NCBI GenBank assembly: GCA_007280315.1
Contig: QYQC01000064.1
Span: 1-41,155 of the forward strand
Direction of reading: 5' to 3'
DNA from: Betaproteobacteria bacterium
GTDB lineage: Bacteria; Pseudomonadota; Gammaproteobacteria; Burkholderiales; SG8-39
DNA: 41,155 nucleotides
The notes beneath the pieces are model-generated. The model worked only from the letters and a program-made list of their open reading frames with translations. It was not told the origin of the DNA and did not search any database. Position numbers and translations under genes: made by a program. Below, in pieces: positions 39,917 to 41,155 of the stretch; the first letter of the stretch is position 1, and each line of letters begins with the position of its first letter.

Positions 39917-41155
39917 ATGCGCACAGGAATATTCATGGTTGCCCTGCTGGCTTCCATGCTCCTTACACCCGCCGCCCTTGCCGCGGCCGATACCGATTCG
40001 GACTCGGCCAAATTACTGAAGTCCACCTCGGATCACACCAAGTTCAAGGCGCTGCAGCAGGAATTCAATTCCGGCCCGGAAGTCACAAAAGCCTGTCTTA
40101 GTTGCCATACGGAGGCCGCCAAGCAGCTGCACCGGACCGAACACTGGAAGTGGGAATACAAGACCCCCCAGGGCCAGCTGCTGGGCAAGAAGACACTCAT
40201 CAACAACTTCTGTATCTCACCTTCGTCCAACGAGGCGGCCTGCAACATCTGCCACATCGGTTACGGCTGGAAAGACGACACCTTCGACTTCAAGTCGGAA
40301 GTCAACGTCGATTGCCTGGTTTGTCACGACACGTCCGGCAACTACAGGAAACCGGCGGGCCTGGCGGGCAACGTGGTCACCAAGGCGATGGAGTTTCCGC
40401 CCGGCTCGGGCAACATCATCAAACCGATCAATCTGACAAAGATCGCGCAGGCGGTCGGAAAAACCAGCCGTGACACCTGCGGCGCCTGCCATTTCTACGG
40501 CGGAGGCGGCGACGGCGTCAAGCATGGCGACATGGACAGCTCGCTGGCGGCGCCCGACAAGGCGCTCGATGTGCACATGGACGCGCTCGGCCTCAACTTT
40601 GCCTGCGCCACCTGCCATATGACCCAGGGCCATCAGGTGCCCGGCAGCCGCTACGCGCCCACCGGCAGGGACAAGGGCGAGGCGCACCTGCGCGGCAAGG
40701 ATTACAAGACCAACCCGACTACCTGCCAGGCCTGTCACGGCCAGGCTCCGCACAAAACGAATGCCAAGCTCAATGACCATACCGACAAGGTGGCGTGTCA
40801 GACCTGTCACATTCCAAAATTCGCGCGCGGCGGCGTCCCCACCAAAATGTCCTGGGACTGGTCCACCGCCGGGAAGATGGGCCCCGATGGCAAACCGCTC
40901 ACCATAAAGGACGCCAAGGGCCACCCCACCTACATGGCGATCAAAGGCGACTTCGTCCTGGGCGATGACGTCATTCCCGAGTACCGCTGGTTCAACGGCA
41001 CGGTGACCTACACGCTGCGCAGCGACAAGGTCGACGACAGCCACCAGCCCGTCCAGATGAACCGCTATGCGGGCAGCGCGAGCGACGGAAAATCGCTGAT
41101 CTGGCCGGTCAAGATCATGCACGGCAAGCAACCCTACGACCCGGTGAACAAGACC
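39917..41155 (+). CDS. Octaheme c-type cytochrome, tetrathionate reductase (OTR) family; 3' truncated
   Basis: AAGGAG RBS; signal peptide MRTGIFMVALLASMLLTPAALA; seven CxxCH visible (CLSCH, CNICH, CLVCH, CGACH, CATCH, CQACH, CQTCH); motifs HWKW, GKKTLINNFC, GGGGDGVKHGD, WDWSTAG. Confidence 0.9.
   Translation, partial: MRTGIFMVALLASMLLTPAALAAADTDSDSAKLLKSTSDHTKFKALQQEFNSGPEVTKACLSCHTEAAKQLHRTEHWKWEYKTPQGQLLGKKTLINNFCISPSSNEAACNICHIGYGWKDDTFDFKSEVNVDCLVCHDTSGNYRKPAGLAGNVVTKAMEFPPGSGNIIKPINLTKIAQAVGKTSRDTCGACHFYGGGGDGVKHGDMDSSLAAPDKALDVHMDALGLNFACATCHMTQGHQVPGSRYAPTGRDKGEAHLRGKDYKTNPTTCQACHGQAPHKTNAKLNDHTDKVACQTCHIPKFARGGVPTKMSWDWSTAGKMGPDGKPLTIKDAKGHPTYMAIKGDFVLGDDVIPEYRWFNGTVTYTLRSDKVDDSHQPVQMNRYAGSASDGKSLIWPVKIMHGKQPYDPVNKT

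Overview
GC-rich betaproteobacterial chromosome segment, mostly core genes. Left: Burkholderiales-type L-Ara4N lipid A modification cluster (arnB, arnC, split arnA formyltransferase and decarboxylase, arnD), a haloacetate-dehalogenase-like hydrolase, bcp and PIN-PhoH. Middle, minus strand: rpsF-priB-rpsR-rplI-dnaB, rnr-rlmB divergent from tRNA-Leu(CAG), the conserved ndk-rlmN-pilW-rodZ-ispG-hisS-yfgM-bamB-der-hfq-hflXKC-DUF2065-hisZ-purA string, and accA-tilS. Right: HNH-DUF6352-AlkA, then a probably anaerobic block with an atypical 4-hydroxybutyryl-CoA dehydratase homologue, a DksA/TraR-like protein, a Usp and an octaheme OTR-family cytochrome that runs off the window and is absent from the ORF track. 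Three FNR-like boxes lie in this block. The most unusual signal is a family of compound palindromic intergenic repeats at three loci (3778-4109, 7923-8154, 9584-9806). Two unit types (A and B), which look like diverged inverted homologues, alternate; their 21-22 bp stems covary, the B-to-A spacer is 60 bp at both loci that have it, and one locus has GTAG-containing terminal inverted repeats. This resembles a BIME/REPIN-type system, but no transposase is in the window. All family assignments are from manual motif recognition, not database searches.
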